64,000 bases of DNA, from contig CM022667.1 of NCBI GenBank assembly GCA_012295275.1, positions 13,516,001 through 13,580,000 of the forward strand, in the 5' to 3' direction. This DNA is from Chrysomallon squamiferum (taxonomy: Eukaryota; Animalia; Mollusca). Both the position numbers and the translations under genes were made by a program. Positions 12,821-26,315 of this stretch are shown here, piece by piece. Each line of letters opens with the position of its first letter. Within the stretch, counting starts at the first letter, position 1. The notes beneath the pieces were generated by a model. The model saw nothing but the letters and a program-made list of their open reading frames with translations. It had not been told where the DNA came from and did not search any database.

Positions 12821-13808
12821 TTATTATTATTAGTAGTAGTAGTACTGTTGTAGCTTTTGTTGTCTTTGTTGTTACTATTATTATTGTTGTTCTTTTATCG
12901 TTATTGTTTTATTAATACTGTTTATATCATTATACAAATACAGAGGAACGTTTGTACATCGGACTGACTGATGAAGTTACAGAAGACGTGTATGTTTGGT
13001 ATTTCAGCAGTTCAGGCAGTGTTTTTCATTTGAGGACTGTATTATTTTATATTTTCCGTTGAACACATGGCATGATGTCGAATGTTCCCGAAGTCAGAAT
13101 TACATTTGTGAGAAATCAGTGTGATTTTCTAGATTGTCAGAAATCGATTGTTTTCTGTATTATCACAAACAAAATGTAATATTAAAATCAGTTTTGTCAG
13201 TTCTTAATACTTGATGAATGAGCAGTGTTTATAAATGACAACGACGTTGGTGATGATTATGATTATAATGATCATGACGATAATGATAAATGTCATGTTA
13301 CTGTTCAATGTCTCATGATTGTCATCATGCTGTTTCCTCTGTCATTAATGAAAAGAAGATTTTATTTAAAAATAGGAATCAGCAATTTCTAAAAAAAAAA
13401 GCGTTTTACCGAGGACGGCCAAAGGCCGTTCGCATTTTGACAAACATCAACATAGCAGCACTGAAATGTCACTCTCTTGAAAACCAACAAATATTACCCC
13501 AGCTATATTGATTTACATTATTCCATTGATTCTTTGTCAGTATATATCATCTGCATGAACTACCAAGAAGAAAAAAGTAATAATAAACGAACATGATATC
13601 GTATGATGGCATTAACTGATTTCTCGAGTTTCATGTTGTTCTTATTAATGCAACACAAAACACAATAACGTCGTGGTATTCTGAATACGAACTTGCTTCT
13701 ATTGTAAACATGAACAGTGTTTAATCGGAACCAAATACAGATACACACAGCGTGGTACAAATTATTACACTGGTTAATTTGGTTGAAATTCGTTCATTTT
13801 TGCGAGAG

Positions 13809-14044
13809 ATGCATTACTCACGATATATTTTGTTGGTAGCGTTTGTAATCTGTTGCCATAGTAACGAGAGGTATGTAATATTCTGTGTTATTATATTGCT
13901 AACTACTGAGGAAAGAGACAAGATAAAATGTACAACAAAGTTCTGTGATATTGCAATAAGAGAAATGTATTGTTATAAAACAAAATCAAACCGAATGGAA
14001 ATTAACTTTTCATTGTTTGATTTTAATTTTCTTTAATAATAATA

Positions 14045-14103
<59 letters not shown>

Positions 14104-17052
14104 CAATATTTAAAAGAAAAATTATATTTTCTTATAGAAAAATAAAAGTATAGACTTTATAGAAACAGGAACAAGATTCATACAGAAAGAGCCTAAGCAA
14201 ATAAGAATTATATAAAATGTATTGGTTTGAGAAGGCGTCCGAGTAAATTTCAGATTGCTGAGTTAAGTTTATTTATATCTCTTCACAGAATAATAACAAG
14301 AACAATCACAACAACAAAACATACTAAAGAAAATTAAATTAAAATAAGTAACATGAAAGATAAAACTAAGAAACAAGTAAAACAAAAGAGTAATAATCAA
14401 AATGAAACTTATTAAAAAATTAAAATAAAACAAAATAAATAAATAAATAATATAAAAGCGAACAAACTAACAAAAGAAAAAACCAAAGAAAAAAGCAAAA
14501 CACAGAAAAATAATCCAATAAAAAAAAAGCAAAAAAAAACAAAACAAAAACAGTAAAGGAAAACGATGAAGGAAAGAAGAAAACATAATCTGTATAAAAT
14601 TACATTTGATACAACTGTCTGTTCTGAAACATTGATTTTAGTCATTTTGTATACAATTGCATTCCTCTCCGAATGATTTCAAATTAAATTCCAAATTTAG
14701 TCAGTATCATAATTACCATAATGTTAGTCTCAGTCGTTGATGTAAACACAGGCGAAGGTGTTGTTGACGTTGATTATTTTGATGACATTTGAGATGATGT
14801 CAACTTTTCCGGTGATTGTGTGTTGTGTATTTATATTTATTGATTCCGAGATAGTGTCGAATGTTAAAAAATGTAGTCATTAAAAATTAATTCATTTGAG
14901 TGATTACAACAATTATACTGAACGTTTTCATGTCCTTCGGCTTAATTCCACATTTTGTTAAAGTTAAATTTCTGTCTAAAAGTTTTCTGTTTTAACTGTT
15001 TCTAAGAACTAATGTTTAACTAATTAGCAGCGTAAGTTTCACGGAGTTTCATTTGTGTTAAGAGCGAAAATGAAAACCTTTCTCATCAAAAGAACGTGGG
15101 ATTTAGCAGAGAGACAGACAGAATACACCTTGTTGCTATCATTGTAGTTTCGCATTGCAGTCTTGCTGTGCATGGCTACCCCTTATTATAAGGTTTCACT
15201 GAGTATTATTATTGTGTTTTTGTTCTTTTGTTCTTTTGTTTTTTTTGGGTTTTTTTAATTATTTTTTTAGGAAGATTCTCGGATTAATTCAATTTCGGCT
15301 GCAGACCTCGTTTTATTAATTCGTACTAAAAGTCACGTGTTGTGAAAAATGAGGACGTCAACCTCCATTTTGATTACAAAACTACATCAACTTTACTGAA
15401 AATACTTCTTACTTATCTTTTAATATATATATAGATATTTACTTTTTTGTGTTTTTGTACTAGATGTTTTATTAATAACTGTAGGAGCACCCGTTCATCT
15501 GTTTGGATTAGAAATGTAAATTTTAACGATGTCGATGTAAACGATGGGCTGCTATCTTCTCTAGATGGAATTACAAGTGCGGTGTTTTGTGGGATACGAT
15601 GTGCAGGTAACTCTATCTGTAAATCGTTTTCATACAATGTGCCTGGTGTTTGTCGACTCCATTCAGTGAGATTTTCAGATTACAACAGTTACTCTAAATC
15701 ACCTGGCTGGAACTACTTCTACCTTTCTGCAGGTAGTATAGGATTTATTTATTTATTTATTTATTTATTCATTTATTTATTTATTTATTTATTTATTGTT
15801 TGTTTGTTTATTTTCTTGTTTGTTTTTTAGTATTAGTGCTATTCATCTGATTTTATAGTTGTTCTGAATTGTTTAGACTATTATTATTACTATTACTGTT
15901 ATTACTGTTATTACTGTTATTATTATTTTTATTTTTCAACTGGATATTTAACTCTCACAAATGATAACAACAGGGTACGGTCTTGAAATATGTTCCACTG
16001 TTATGATTTATAGGCATGGCTACATCACATACACACACACACACATGCACATAGACACACCTATACGTACCTACTTACTAATATATATATATATACATAC
16101 ATAAAATTGCATAACCATATAATAATAAGAAGAAGAAGAACGAGAAGAAGAAGAATTAATCAGTCAATTGTTTGAATATACTTATATGTATGTATATACA
16201 TATACACACTTATACATACGTATATAAAATTGCATAAACATATAATATTAATAACATCAACAATAAGAATAAGAATAGTAACAAAAACTAGGACAAGATA
16301 AAGAGAATTAGTCAGTTGTTTGAATACACATTATTTGCAATGATGAAATCACGCCTGGCACGAACAAATTAACTGTTTTATTCTCGCAGGTTCCTGTCCA
16401 GTAGAAGACGGGTTTGTGTACTTGGACGAAGTGCTTCTGTGTATGAAGGTTTCTGTTGAAAAGAAAACATTTTCTCAAGCACGTGACGCCTGCAGTCAGA
16501 TAGGTTCAAGACTAATTGTACTGGACACAGAAGAGAAAAACACAGCTGTTGGTGACTACGTCCAAACAAACATAGGTAGGAAGTGAAATATTGATATACT
16601 ATTACTGAAATAATCTTCTACAACATAAGCAGTATCCCTCTGCAGTTGTAAATAAAACTTTATCTATAAAATATTATTACTGTTATTGTTGTTGTTGTTG
16701 TTGATGGTTGTTATTATTATTATTATTGTAGTTGCTGTGGGATTTTTGGGGCGTTTTGATGTTGTTGTTGCTGTTGTTGCTGCTGCTGCTGCAGTATCTG
16801 TTTCATTAATACTATTTTTATTATTATGCAGATACAGATGAATATTTGTACATCGGACTGACTGATGAAGTTACAGAAGACGTGTATATTTGGGAGAACG
16901 GAGTTCAGGCAGTGTTTTTCAACTGGGGAACTGGTGAACCTCACAATAATAATTTGAACGAGGACTGTATTATTTTACGTTTTCCGTTGAACACATGGCA
17001 TGATGTCGACTGTTCCCGAAGTCAAAATTACATTTGTGAGAAACCAGTGTAA
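13809..17052 (+). CDS. Probable chimeric PAN-CTLD gene, EPH/WHD motifs. Exons 13809-13870 (subfamily C signal exon), 15485 (or 15464)-15732, 16390-16575, 16832-17052
   Basis: Exons 2-4 are open with canonical splice sites. The native B-type exon 1 at 15070 is truncated and has no donor. The upstream orphan exon MHYSRYILLVAFVICCHSNER|GTATGT is phase 2 and therefore compatible. The exon 1-2 join is inferred. Confidence 0.65.
15070..15108 (+). pseudogene. Truncated subfamily B exon 1 (MKTFLIKRTWD...)
   Basis: Matches the start of the exons at 11273 and 20741, then jumps to AG-rich intron sequence; the hydrophobic core and GT donor are lost. Confidence 0.75.
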
Positions 17053-17973
17053 TTTTTTTACATTGTGAGAAACCATTTGTTTTCTGTTTTAACATGTAAA
17101 TAAAACAAACACAAAAATCAGTTTAGTCAATACTTGATGAATCAGTAATATATAAATGACGATCATAATTATGATTTTTATAATGATCGTGTCGATAACG
17201 ATATTGGTCATGTTGACTTTTATTAAATGAAATTAGTAGTCTACTGTAGAAATTACTATTTTCTTTCTGGTCATGTTCATCATTATCATCATCCTCATCA
17301 TCGTCAGCAACAACATCATCGTGAAGTCCCAAGGAAAACGAAATATATTAAATGATAAGTTCCAGTATTTTTGCCTCACGAAGATGTTACGAGTTATTTC
17401 TGAACGGTCAGAAGATGTTTCTAGAACAAACTAGTGTTTAACGCATTCTGTAAAATGATAATCGTTCAGAAGTTTCTTAGTTTCCAATTTGTGTAAATAA
17501 GATTGAAAAAAAAACGTAAAAATAATTTAAAAAATAAATAAGTAAAATTGAATAAATAAAAACTAATAATTATAATAAAAAAAATAAATAAATAAATAAA
17601 TAATGCAAAGCATATGTGTAGGTTACAATGCTACAGCAAAGTTTTTCGATTACAGTGTTTTGTATTTTATTAGAAGTCATTTTATCGGATCACTACTATG
17701 CCAAAAATTGACTTTCGTTGGAAAACGAGGAAAACCATTCATGTACAGAAAGGGAAACAATTCTAATTGTGTGACGTCAATAGCTAGGTTTAAATATTTC
17801 TGACCACATTATGAACAGTGATTTGAATTTGAATGGCAAAAAATAAAAAGAAGCCAAAAATAAAATTAAAAAGCGTTCAAACAAGATTCTGTAACATATC
17901 TACTTGACGATTAAAATAAATACTTTGAGGAAAGATAGAACCATGGATATGGCAATTTACAAAAATTCAAGAT

Positions 17974-18036
<63 letters not shown>

Positions 18037-20740
18037 AATAAATAAATAAATAAATTAAATTAATTAATTAATTAATTAATTAATCAATAGTGCCACTAAG
18101 AACAACAAAATAAAATATCGGAAATGATTGTAATCAAACGAAGATGAACTTCTCATATACTGAAAGTTGGACCTAAATTTAATGCTCGCGAAAAAGACAA
18201 AATACAAACCCCGGCGTTCTTCGTAGGAATCGACGGTTACCGTCGATTATTGAACAAATTTGTATTTGATTTTTTAACTTTGTCTTAGTGGCCGAGTGGT
18301 ATCATCATACGTCCTCTATTCATTCAAGCTGAGTATTGTCAGAAACCAATGTAACTTTGTTGCATTGTCAGAGACCAGTGTGTTATTGTATACTGTTCTG
18401 TATTACTGTTGTAAATAAAACTAACAAAATCCGTACACCGAATCAGTTTATAAATGACGACTACAATTATTGTGGTGATGATTATAATAACGGTTATCAT
18501 GATGATGTTTATGACGAGGTTCATTAAATTAAAATAGTTGTCTCACAGAAAATTATTCATTTCGTGATCATCATAACCATCATTTCGTCAACAGTATTTC
18601 AGGAAATAAAAATTAAGAACAGGAACAGCTGTAAACAAAAATCGCAATCAATGTTCAACATAATACAGGAAGAAGCTGACTATAATTATGGATATTAGCA
18701 AATTTTGAACAATGGACCTTCGTCAAAACACTAATAATATAAAAATTATCAAGAGCAACAACAGTATCAACGGAAACGGCAGTATCAAACAGAATTTAAC
18801 TGCCCCTGTACTCATATCTGAACCTAAAATTAATGCTTGTAAAACTGAGGAAATACAAAGAATGGCGTGCTTTGTAGGAAGCGATTATTACGGTTACTGA
18901 GCAACATTTTTTATGGTTATCTTGATGGCTGTGTGTATCGTCTTCCACTCACTATTCATTCGTAAATACATAGATACAGATATCTATACATACTGTGTTA
19001 TTTTATCAGTATATTTTTACGTTAGAAAATATCAACAAAACACATCGGAAATGTCAGATATATTAACTGGCAGTATAATTACGTTATTGTTAAAATTATG
19101 TGAAATACCTAAAGAATTAAAAATAAAATGCACGAGCTTTTCCAAAACTCTGACTATAAAGTAAACATGAAAGTATAAAAAATAACCAAAAAAAAATATT
19201 TCACCTCATCTGGAAAGTTTAAAATTACTTTTAATATTTTATATAACTTCTCTTTTTCAGTATTTGTTGTACAGAGCAGGTTATAGCAAAATGTCGAGAA
19301 GACGTCTCATCTGAATTTAGATCAATTATTATTATTATTATTATTATTGTTGTTGTTGTTGTTGTTGTTGCTGCTGCTCTTCTTTATGTTTTTTTAATGT
19401 TTTTGTTATTGTTGTTGATGTTTATTTTCATCCGTTCAAGTATTTGGTTTAGAAATCTAATATTGGAACACATTGATTTATTGATTTTGTACACATTTAC
19501 ACCCGTCTCTGAATGGTTAAAAATTAAATTCCGACTGTGAACTTTGAATAATAATGACTTGTTCTGTTGTTTATTAAAATACCATATACTACAAAAGAAA
19601 ATTATATTTAGTAAATATCAACATTAATAACATGTCAGTGATGATCATCGTATTAATCACTTGTGCTTGTTTTGGTTGTTGTCGATTTTAATGATTTTGT
19701 TTTAGATGATGTTCACTGTTATGGTGATGGTCCGTTTTGTACTCACATTTATTGAAAATCATTAAAAAACAAAAAAACATCAATTAAAAAAAAATATAAA
19801 AATCCTTTGAACTATATAATAGTTCTATTGACAGTTTTCATGTCATTATTTCTTTCCTATTGCAGAAAACTAAACAAAAACGACAACAACCAACAACGAC
19901 AACAACAACAACAAAAAATCAAGAACAAACGAAAGAAAAAACAAAACAAGGATGGTAAAATAATAATTCTATTAGAAATGTTCTCAGGAGTTATCACGTC
20001 GAAAAAGAAATAAGAAAAGAAAACGAAAAAAACAATACAAACAGACAGAAAGAGAGAAAAATAAAACAGAAGAATAATAATTAAAAATAAAACGCCTCAA
20101 AAACGAACAAAGCGTCAAATAAAATAAAATAATAGAATCACATTTGACGCAACTGACTGCTGTGAAGCCAAATATCGGTTTACATTGATTCATTAATTTT
20201 GCATACATTTACACCTCTCTCTGAATGATTAAATGTTCAATTGCATCTATGACCTTTAACCACTAATGACTTGTTCTGTTGTTTGATAAAATATGTATAG
20301 TTATTACAGTACCATATAAAGATGTTTTGAGTCAGTATAGCATTAATAAAAAATGCTAGTCATGATCATTTGTATTGTCACAATGAAGCTGTTCCCATTG
20401 CAGTTATTGCTAGTGTTGTCCCTGATGTTGATGTTGTTTTGGTCGATGTCATTTGCTATCGTGATCACCTGAGATTTATTGATTATTAGTTAGAATGAAA
20501 TGGCTATGAATGTGGTCATCAAAAAATTAAATTAAATTTATTGGAGTGTGAAGCAAATCCCATTATTTCAGTTTAATACCACGTTTTTGCTGAATTTAGT
20601 TTATAAAAATTTTGGTTTTCCTAGCTTTGGTTATTAGGAACTCGTATTTGATACTCCATATCAGCCTAAGTTTAATGGAGTTGCATTTGTTTATAATGAG
20701 GTGAACGTACAGTTGGAAAATAGAAAAGTTAGCAGCTAAA

Positions 20741-21924
20741 ATGAAAACCTTTCTTATCAAAGGAATCTGGGTATTGGCTGTCCTCTTGTGTTGTGAAACT
20801 GCAGAAAGGTATGTATAAACGTCCTAAGACAGATTTTCTTGGAATTTTCCCATATTTTATTCTTTTGACGCTACAGTAAATATAAAACTTGGGTAATCTA
20901 TCAGAGCTATCTCTGATTTAAAAAGTCACATAAAACTGTATAAAAACAGTTGTCAAAATGGACTTGTCCTGTAAAATAATACAGACCGTCTTACGTTTCT
21001 CAGATCTACCAATTTTGTATTATTAAGCTCACTGTTGCAGTTTATATTGGCTCGTTTATATACGAAGGCGTGGAATTTCTTCTTTTTTTAAATTTCTTTC
21101 TGTTGTTTTCATTTTATAATAATAATAATAATAATAATAATGATAATACTAATGGGTGGGTGAATGGATGTATGTACGTACTTATGTATGTATGTATGTA
21201 TGTACATTTTCCTAGATGTTTTATTATTATAGGTGCAGGCCTTCATCTATCTGGATTAGAAATGAAAATTTTAACGATGTCGATGTAAACGATGGGCTCC
21301 TATCTTCTCTAGGTGGAATTACAAGCGCTGGGTTTTGTGGGATACGATGTGCAGATAACTCTGTCTGTAAATCGTTTTCATACAATGTGCGTGGTGTTTG
21401 TCGACTCCATTCCCTGAGATTTTCAAACTACAACAGCTACTCTAAATCACCTGGTTGGACCTATTTCTACCTGAATGCAGGTAGTATAGGATTTATTTAT
21501 TTATTCATTTATTTATTCTTTGTTTGTTTGTTTATTTTCTTGTTTGTTTTTTAGTTTACGTATACAAGTACGAATATAAAATTGCATAAACATATAATAT
21601 TAATAGCATCAACAGTAATAATAATAATAACAAAAACAAGAACAAGTAAAAGAGAATTAGTCAGTTGTTTGAATACACATTATTTGCAATGATGAAATCA
21701 CACCTGGCACGAACAAATTAACTGTTTTATTCTCACAGGTTCATGTCCAGTAGAAGACGGGTTTGTGTACTTGGACGAAGTGCATCTGTGTATGAAGGCT
21801 TTTGTGGATAAGAAAACATTTTCTCAAGCACGTGACGCCTGCAGTCAGATAGGTTCAAGACTGATTGTACTGGACTCAGAAGAGAAAAACACAGCTGTTT
21901 GTGACTACATCGTTTGATACATAG
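20741..21924 (+). pseudogene. Subfamily B PAN-CTLD gene with a nonsense codon and missing exon 4. Exons 20741-20808, 21233-21480, 21739-21924
   Basis: Signal exon MKTFLIKGIWVLAVLLCCETAER and PAN exon are intact. In-frame TGA at 21915-21917 (GCA in paralogs). Intron 3 is cut off at ~22125 relative to the 37.35-39.6 kb paralog. Confidence 0.85.
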
Positions 21925-22702
21925 GTAAATTCGTCTGCTTCATCATCATCATTATTATCATCATCACTATATATTATCGTCGTCAGTGATGCTGGCATTA
22001 TTTTCATCACTATCACAATCGTCATTATTATTATTATTATTGTTAACATCATGATCGTGATCCTCACTGATATTATTATTATTTACTAGAAGAAATCTAC
22101 TAATACTGCTACATGCACCACAATGTTAAGGATAAATCATGTTTTGTTCTTCTTCTTCCTAGGTATTACAATATTGATTGAGTCAAGCTAACAAAACATT
22201 AAATAAGTTTCATTTTTCCCAGAGGAACAAACGTTGTCGTCTGTGAATATTAAATAATATTTAGTCACTTTGGAAGATTCATTCTCAAAACGTTATTATT
22301 TCAGCATGTCACACATCAGTTATTTTTCTGGATCTATTGATTTTTTCCTTTAAATTTTCTGTCTTCTACTAAACCTTAGCTGCAACGGAATATATAACAC
22401 GAGGTCATACATCTTTCCTTTGCCTAGTTAAATAAAAAAAAATTAAAACAAATTCTGTCAGATCGAATGTCATCTCGATCAATAATATAACATTTTTATG
22501 TCTAAATCCTGAGTTTTGGGAGATGTCTACATTCAAATTAGGAACTTAAATATTTATATACGACTACTACTGCATCTGCTTTACAGAAATATTACAACTA
22601 TTCTACAACTTCAACCAATACCACAAGTGGTAATCGTAAAGTACTACTACTTCTACTACTACTACTACTACTATTACTACTACTACTACTACTACTACTA
22701 CA

Positions 22703-22733
<31 letters not shown>

Positions 22734-22759
22734 TTATACCATAGCTGTTACTTGTCTGA

Positions 22760-22914
22760 CCTCTGAAAAGATGGAAACAAAATTTGTTTTGGAGAATGGA
22801 GAAAACGTCGTTTTTCAAAAATCAGACAACAATGAATCCGATAACTACCTGGAAGATTGCACGATATTAATTCCAACAAGCAAAATGTGGCGTCAAAAAC
22901 TATTGAGAAACTGA
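22760..22914 (+). pseudogene. Orphan decayed CTLD exon 4 (ESD class)
   Basis: CLTSEKMETKFVLENGENVVFQKSDNNESDNYLEDCTILIPTSKMWR; conserved Trp residues and the terminal Cys pair are lost. Confidence 0.75.
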
Positions 22915-23230
22915 CTTGATATTTGCTGAATAAAGAAAATTAAATAAATTATTTTATTTATTTATTTATATATTTGTTTGTTTGTTTTATCGATACATCT
23001 GTGCGATTTGAAAATGAGAAATGTAATTTTCATTATCACCAACAGCTATCGAGTCATTTCTTGAATTTTATTTTATTTTATTTTATTTTATTTTTTATGA
23101 TACGTTTACTGATTCTGATCACTGAAATATTTTTAAACAATCAAAATGACAGAAACAACAACAATAATAATATTAAGAAGAAGAAGAAGAACTGCAGCAA
23201 GAAAAGCAATAATGGCTATAGTAATTATAA

Positions 23231-23261
<31 letters not shown>

Positions 23262-24739
23262 AATGATGATTCTTTCCCAGAAGAATTAAAAGAAACTGAA
23301 GAACTTAAAAAAAGATATCTATATGAAAAGAAATAAATAAATAAATAATAATAAATAAATAATTGTATTAAATTTAAACAATCAGTTTAGCTATCACGTT
23401 ACCCATAATGACTATTATGATCACGACAACGACAGCGATTACAAAAGTTAATGTAAAATAATTGCTATTAGAAAACTCACAACTGCATCTTCTTTAACAG
23501 CCATACGAATCAATGAAAAAATGAGAACCAGTTTTGGTATACACTTGACTCTACAGTCAATTTTGATCAACTGCTCCTACTACTATATTATTAGAACACC
23601 TACTACTAACACTACTACAACAATAAAGATTCTCTTACATGAACTACCACTATTAGTATTACTACTACTACAACTACTACTACTATTACTACTACTAATA
23701 CTATTACTACTACAATTACAACCACTGAACTGCTACAACGACAATTTCTACTGCAATTACCATTACTACGACTGCTGCTACTAGTATTATTCTTGTTATT
23801 TTATAATTAGTGCTGTTACAACAACGTCTACTACAGCAATACCAGCAAAATCAACTACTACTACAGCCATCATAACCAATACTATTACTAAAAATACTAA
23901 CGCTATCAAAGAATCATAACCAGAATTACAACTTTTAAAGTGAATTTGGTTAATGAAGATAAATTATTGTTCAATTAATGGACTCAAGAAATCACCCTAC
24001 TTTTCCGACTGATGACGCACTTATGTGTTAAACATTAACCGCTTTAAGCAGTAACTTCAATAAAAATATCTTCCACCAGTTTCTATGGCTCTTTCATTTA
24101 TCTAAAATTGATAGCAGCTTAATTTTAGATGGGATCACCAAGAACTACAATAACAAAAACAACTACTATTTCTACTATTATGATTACTACTATAACTATT
24201 ACTAGTACTATAAAGCTTCTAGTACAAATACTTTTACTACGTTGATGAATACTACAACTACTACTACTACTAGTACTACTACTACTACTACTACTACTGT
24301 TATTATTATTAGTAGTAGTATTATTATTATTATAATTATTATAATCATCATCATCATCTTTATTATTTTATTACTACTGGTGCTGTACAAGGTCTGCTAC
24401 AGCAACGCCAAGAAAATCAACTACTACTACGACCATCATAACCAGTACTACTACTACAAATACTATAGCTATTAAACAGTCATAACAAACTACTATTTTT
24501 GCAGTAAATATGGTTAATGAAGATAAATTATATATATATATATATAGGTTGCGCTTGATGATAAAAAAAAAGAAGTAAAAATGTTAAACAGCCCGTAAAA
24601 CATTAAAAATTAAATACACTAGAGAAACATTTCAACTTGTTACAGCTTCAAATCGATCACTGCTTGGTGACAGTTCTACTTAACTAGCTCAAAGACAGAA
24701 GTTTCTTACGACATATTCACTGCAATTTATTTAGACAAA

Positions 24740-25297
24740 ATGCAAAACACTTTCGCCCAGTTTGTGCTGTTGTCAGGTGTCTTCGTGTGTTCTAAAACGG
24801 CAGACAGGTATGTGTAAATTTTGTTTATGTTGAAACAGAATAATTGTGTGGATACATGCATCAGTCACGTGTGTGTGAGTGTGTTTGTGTGTGTGTGTAT
24901 GTGTGTGTTTCTACGCCTCTTGATAGACAGATAGTTAGAGAGAGATTACATAGATAGATAGATATGGCAAATGAATGGATGGATGGATAGAAGGATAGAT
25001 AGATTGTTACACTGATACATAGACTGACGTCATCAGTTGAATTATATCTTAGTAAATGTCTATTTAATACAAGTAATGAAAATAGTTTTATTTTAACTGT
25101 CATTGAAGCTGCATTGAAACAAGATGGATTTGGATTGAGAAAGAAAAATATGATTATTTCACTGTAGCTAACGCTACAATTTACGAAGCCACTGACGTCA
25201 AGACCATGATGCACTGTGCCGCTGCCTGCACCAAGAATCCAGCATGTTTTTCGTTTGCCTACAACAACGGAAAATGTCGCCATTATTCTGCGACATT
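24740..25297 (+). pseudogene. Inverted 5' fragment of subfamily A' gene: exon 1 24740-24807, exon 2 25109-25297 truncated
   Basis: MQNTFAQFVLLSGVFVCSKTADR|GT. Homology of the PAN exon to the copy at 59972-60219 stops at ..HYSAT. Confidence 0.85.
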
Positions 25298-25456
25298 AGA
25301 AATTAACTTTTCATCATCTTATTTATATTTTATTTTACTGTTAACAGAAGTGTTGTTTGAGGTAGGCAAAACGAAGCAAATTATTTTAGATGGTGGTAGT
25401 GTAACCAAACTGATTCAAACAAAAAGCTATTGTTATTACTATGCTTACAATCACAG

Positions 25457-25525
25457 GTGCAACAAGACAATAATATGGATGAAAAATCCTAATTTTGTAA
25501 ATGCTGAGATAAACTAGGCTCTCAA
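25457..25525 (+). pseudogene. Truncated C-like PAN exon start (RCNKTIIWMKNPNFVNAEIN*); copy at 42696-42766
   Basis: CACAG acceptor followed by ~70 nt paralogous to 25604 onward. Confidence 0.75.
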
Positions 25526-25529
25526 ATAA

Positions 25530-25598
<69 letters not shown>

Positions 25599-25603
25599 CA
25601 CAG

Positions 25604-25851
25604 GTGCAACACAATAATGACATGGATAAAAAATCCTAACTTTGAAAATATTGAGATAACCAAGGCTCTCATATCTTCTGCTGAAAGAATTACATCACGA
25701 GGGCATTGTGGGATACGATGCGCAGATAACTCGTCCTGTATTTGGTTTTCGTACAACGTGTATGGAACGTGTCGTCTGCATTATTTGAGATTTATGAATT
25801 CGAGCAGCTTTTCAGCTTCGCCTGGCTGGACGCACTTTTACCTGAGTGCAG
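25604..25851 (+). CDS. Subfamily C PAN exon 2; downstream exons fall in the assembly gap
   Basis: 248-nt open exon RCNTIMTWIKNP..HCGIRCADNSSCIWFSYNVYGTCRLHY. The following intron matches 43031-43263 up to the Ns. Confidence 0.75.
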
Positions 25852-26100
25852 GTAGAAAATTACAGACACACGCACATACAGACAAATATTTTAAAAAATG
25901 TACTTAAAATCATCAAAACACACACACAGACAGTAATAATAATTTAAAAATATATATATTGTAAATATATTTGTAGGCTAGAAAAGAAATTTCTAGAACT
26001 ACTCTTTCAACAGAAATTAATCCATATATGACTTTACTATAAGTATTATTCTTAATTCTGAAAACAAATTATAATTTTAAAAACTTTTTAGAAATTATTA

Positions 26101-26300
26101 NNNNNNNNNNNNNNNNNNNNNNNNNNNNNNNNNNNNNNNNNNNNNNNNNNNNNNNNNNNNNNNNNNNNNNNNNNNNNNNNNNNNNNNNNNNNNNNNNNNN
26201 NNNNNNNNNNNNNNNNNNNNNNNNNNNNNNNNNNNNNNNNNNNNNNNNNNNNNNNNNNNNNNNNNNNNNNNNNNNNNNNNNNNNNNNNNNNNNNNNNNNN
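26101..26300. other. Assembly gap (200 N)
   Basis: Run of N with a round, placeholder length. Confidence 0.99.
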
Positions 26301-26315
26301 TTATTATTATCACAG

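Larger units (their letters stand above)
11273..13124 (+). pseudogene. Subfamily B PAN-CTLD pseudogene. Exons 11273-11340, 11778-11964, 12482-12667, ~12940-13124
   Basis: Exon 2 is 187 nt instead of 248 (61-nt deletion removing two PAN cysteines; TGA at 11899-11901). Exon 3 is intact. Exon 4 (EPH class) has indels that delete the sugar-binding loop. Confidence 0.88.

Noticed and set aside
25298-25517. Novel C-terminal extension fused to the truncated PAN exon (LEINFSSSYLYFILLL...)
   Set aside because: Chance read-through across a rearrangement junction; the nearby GT donor (25362) is phase 0 and incompatible with downstream exons.
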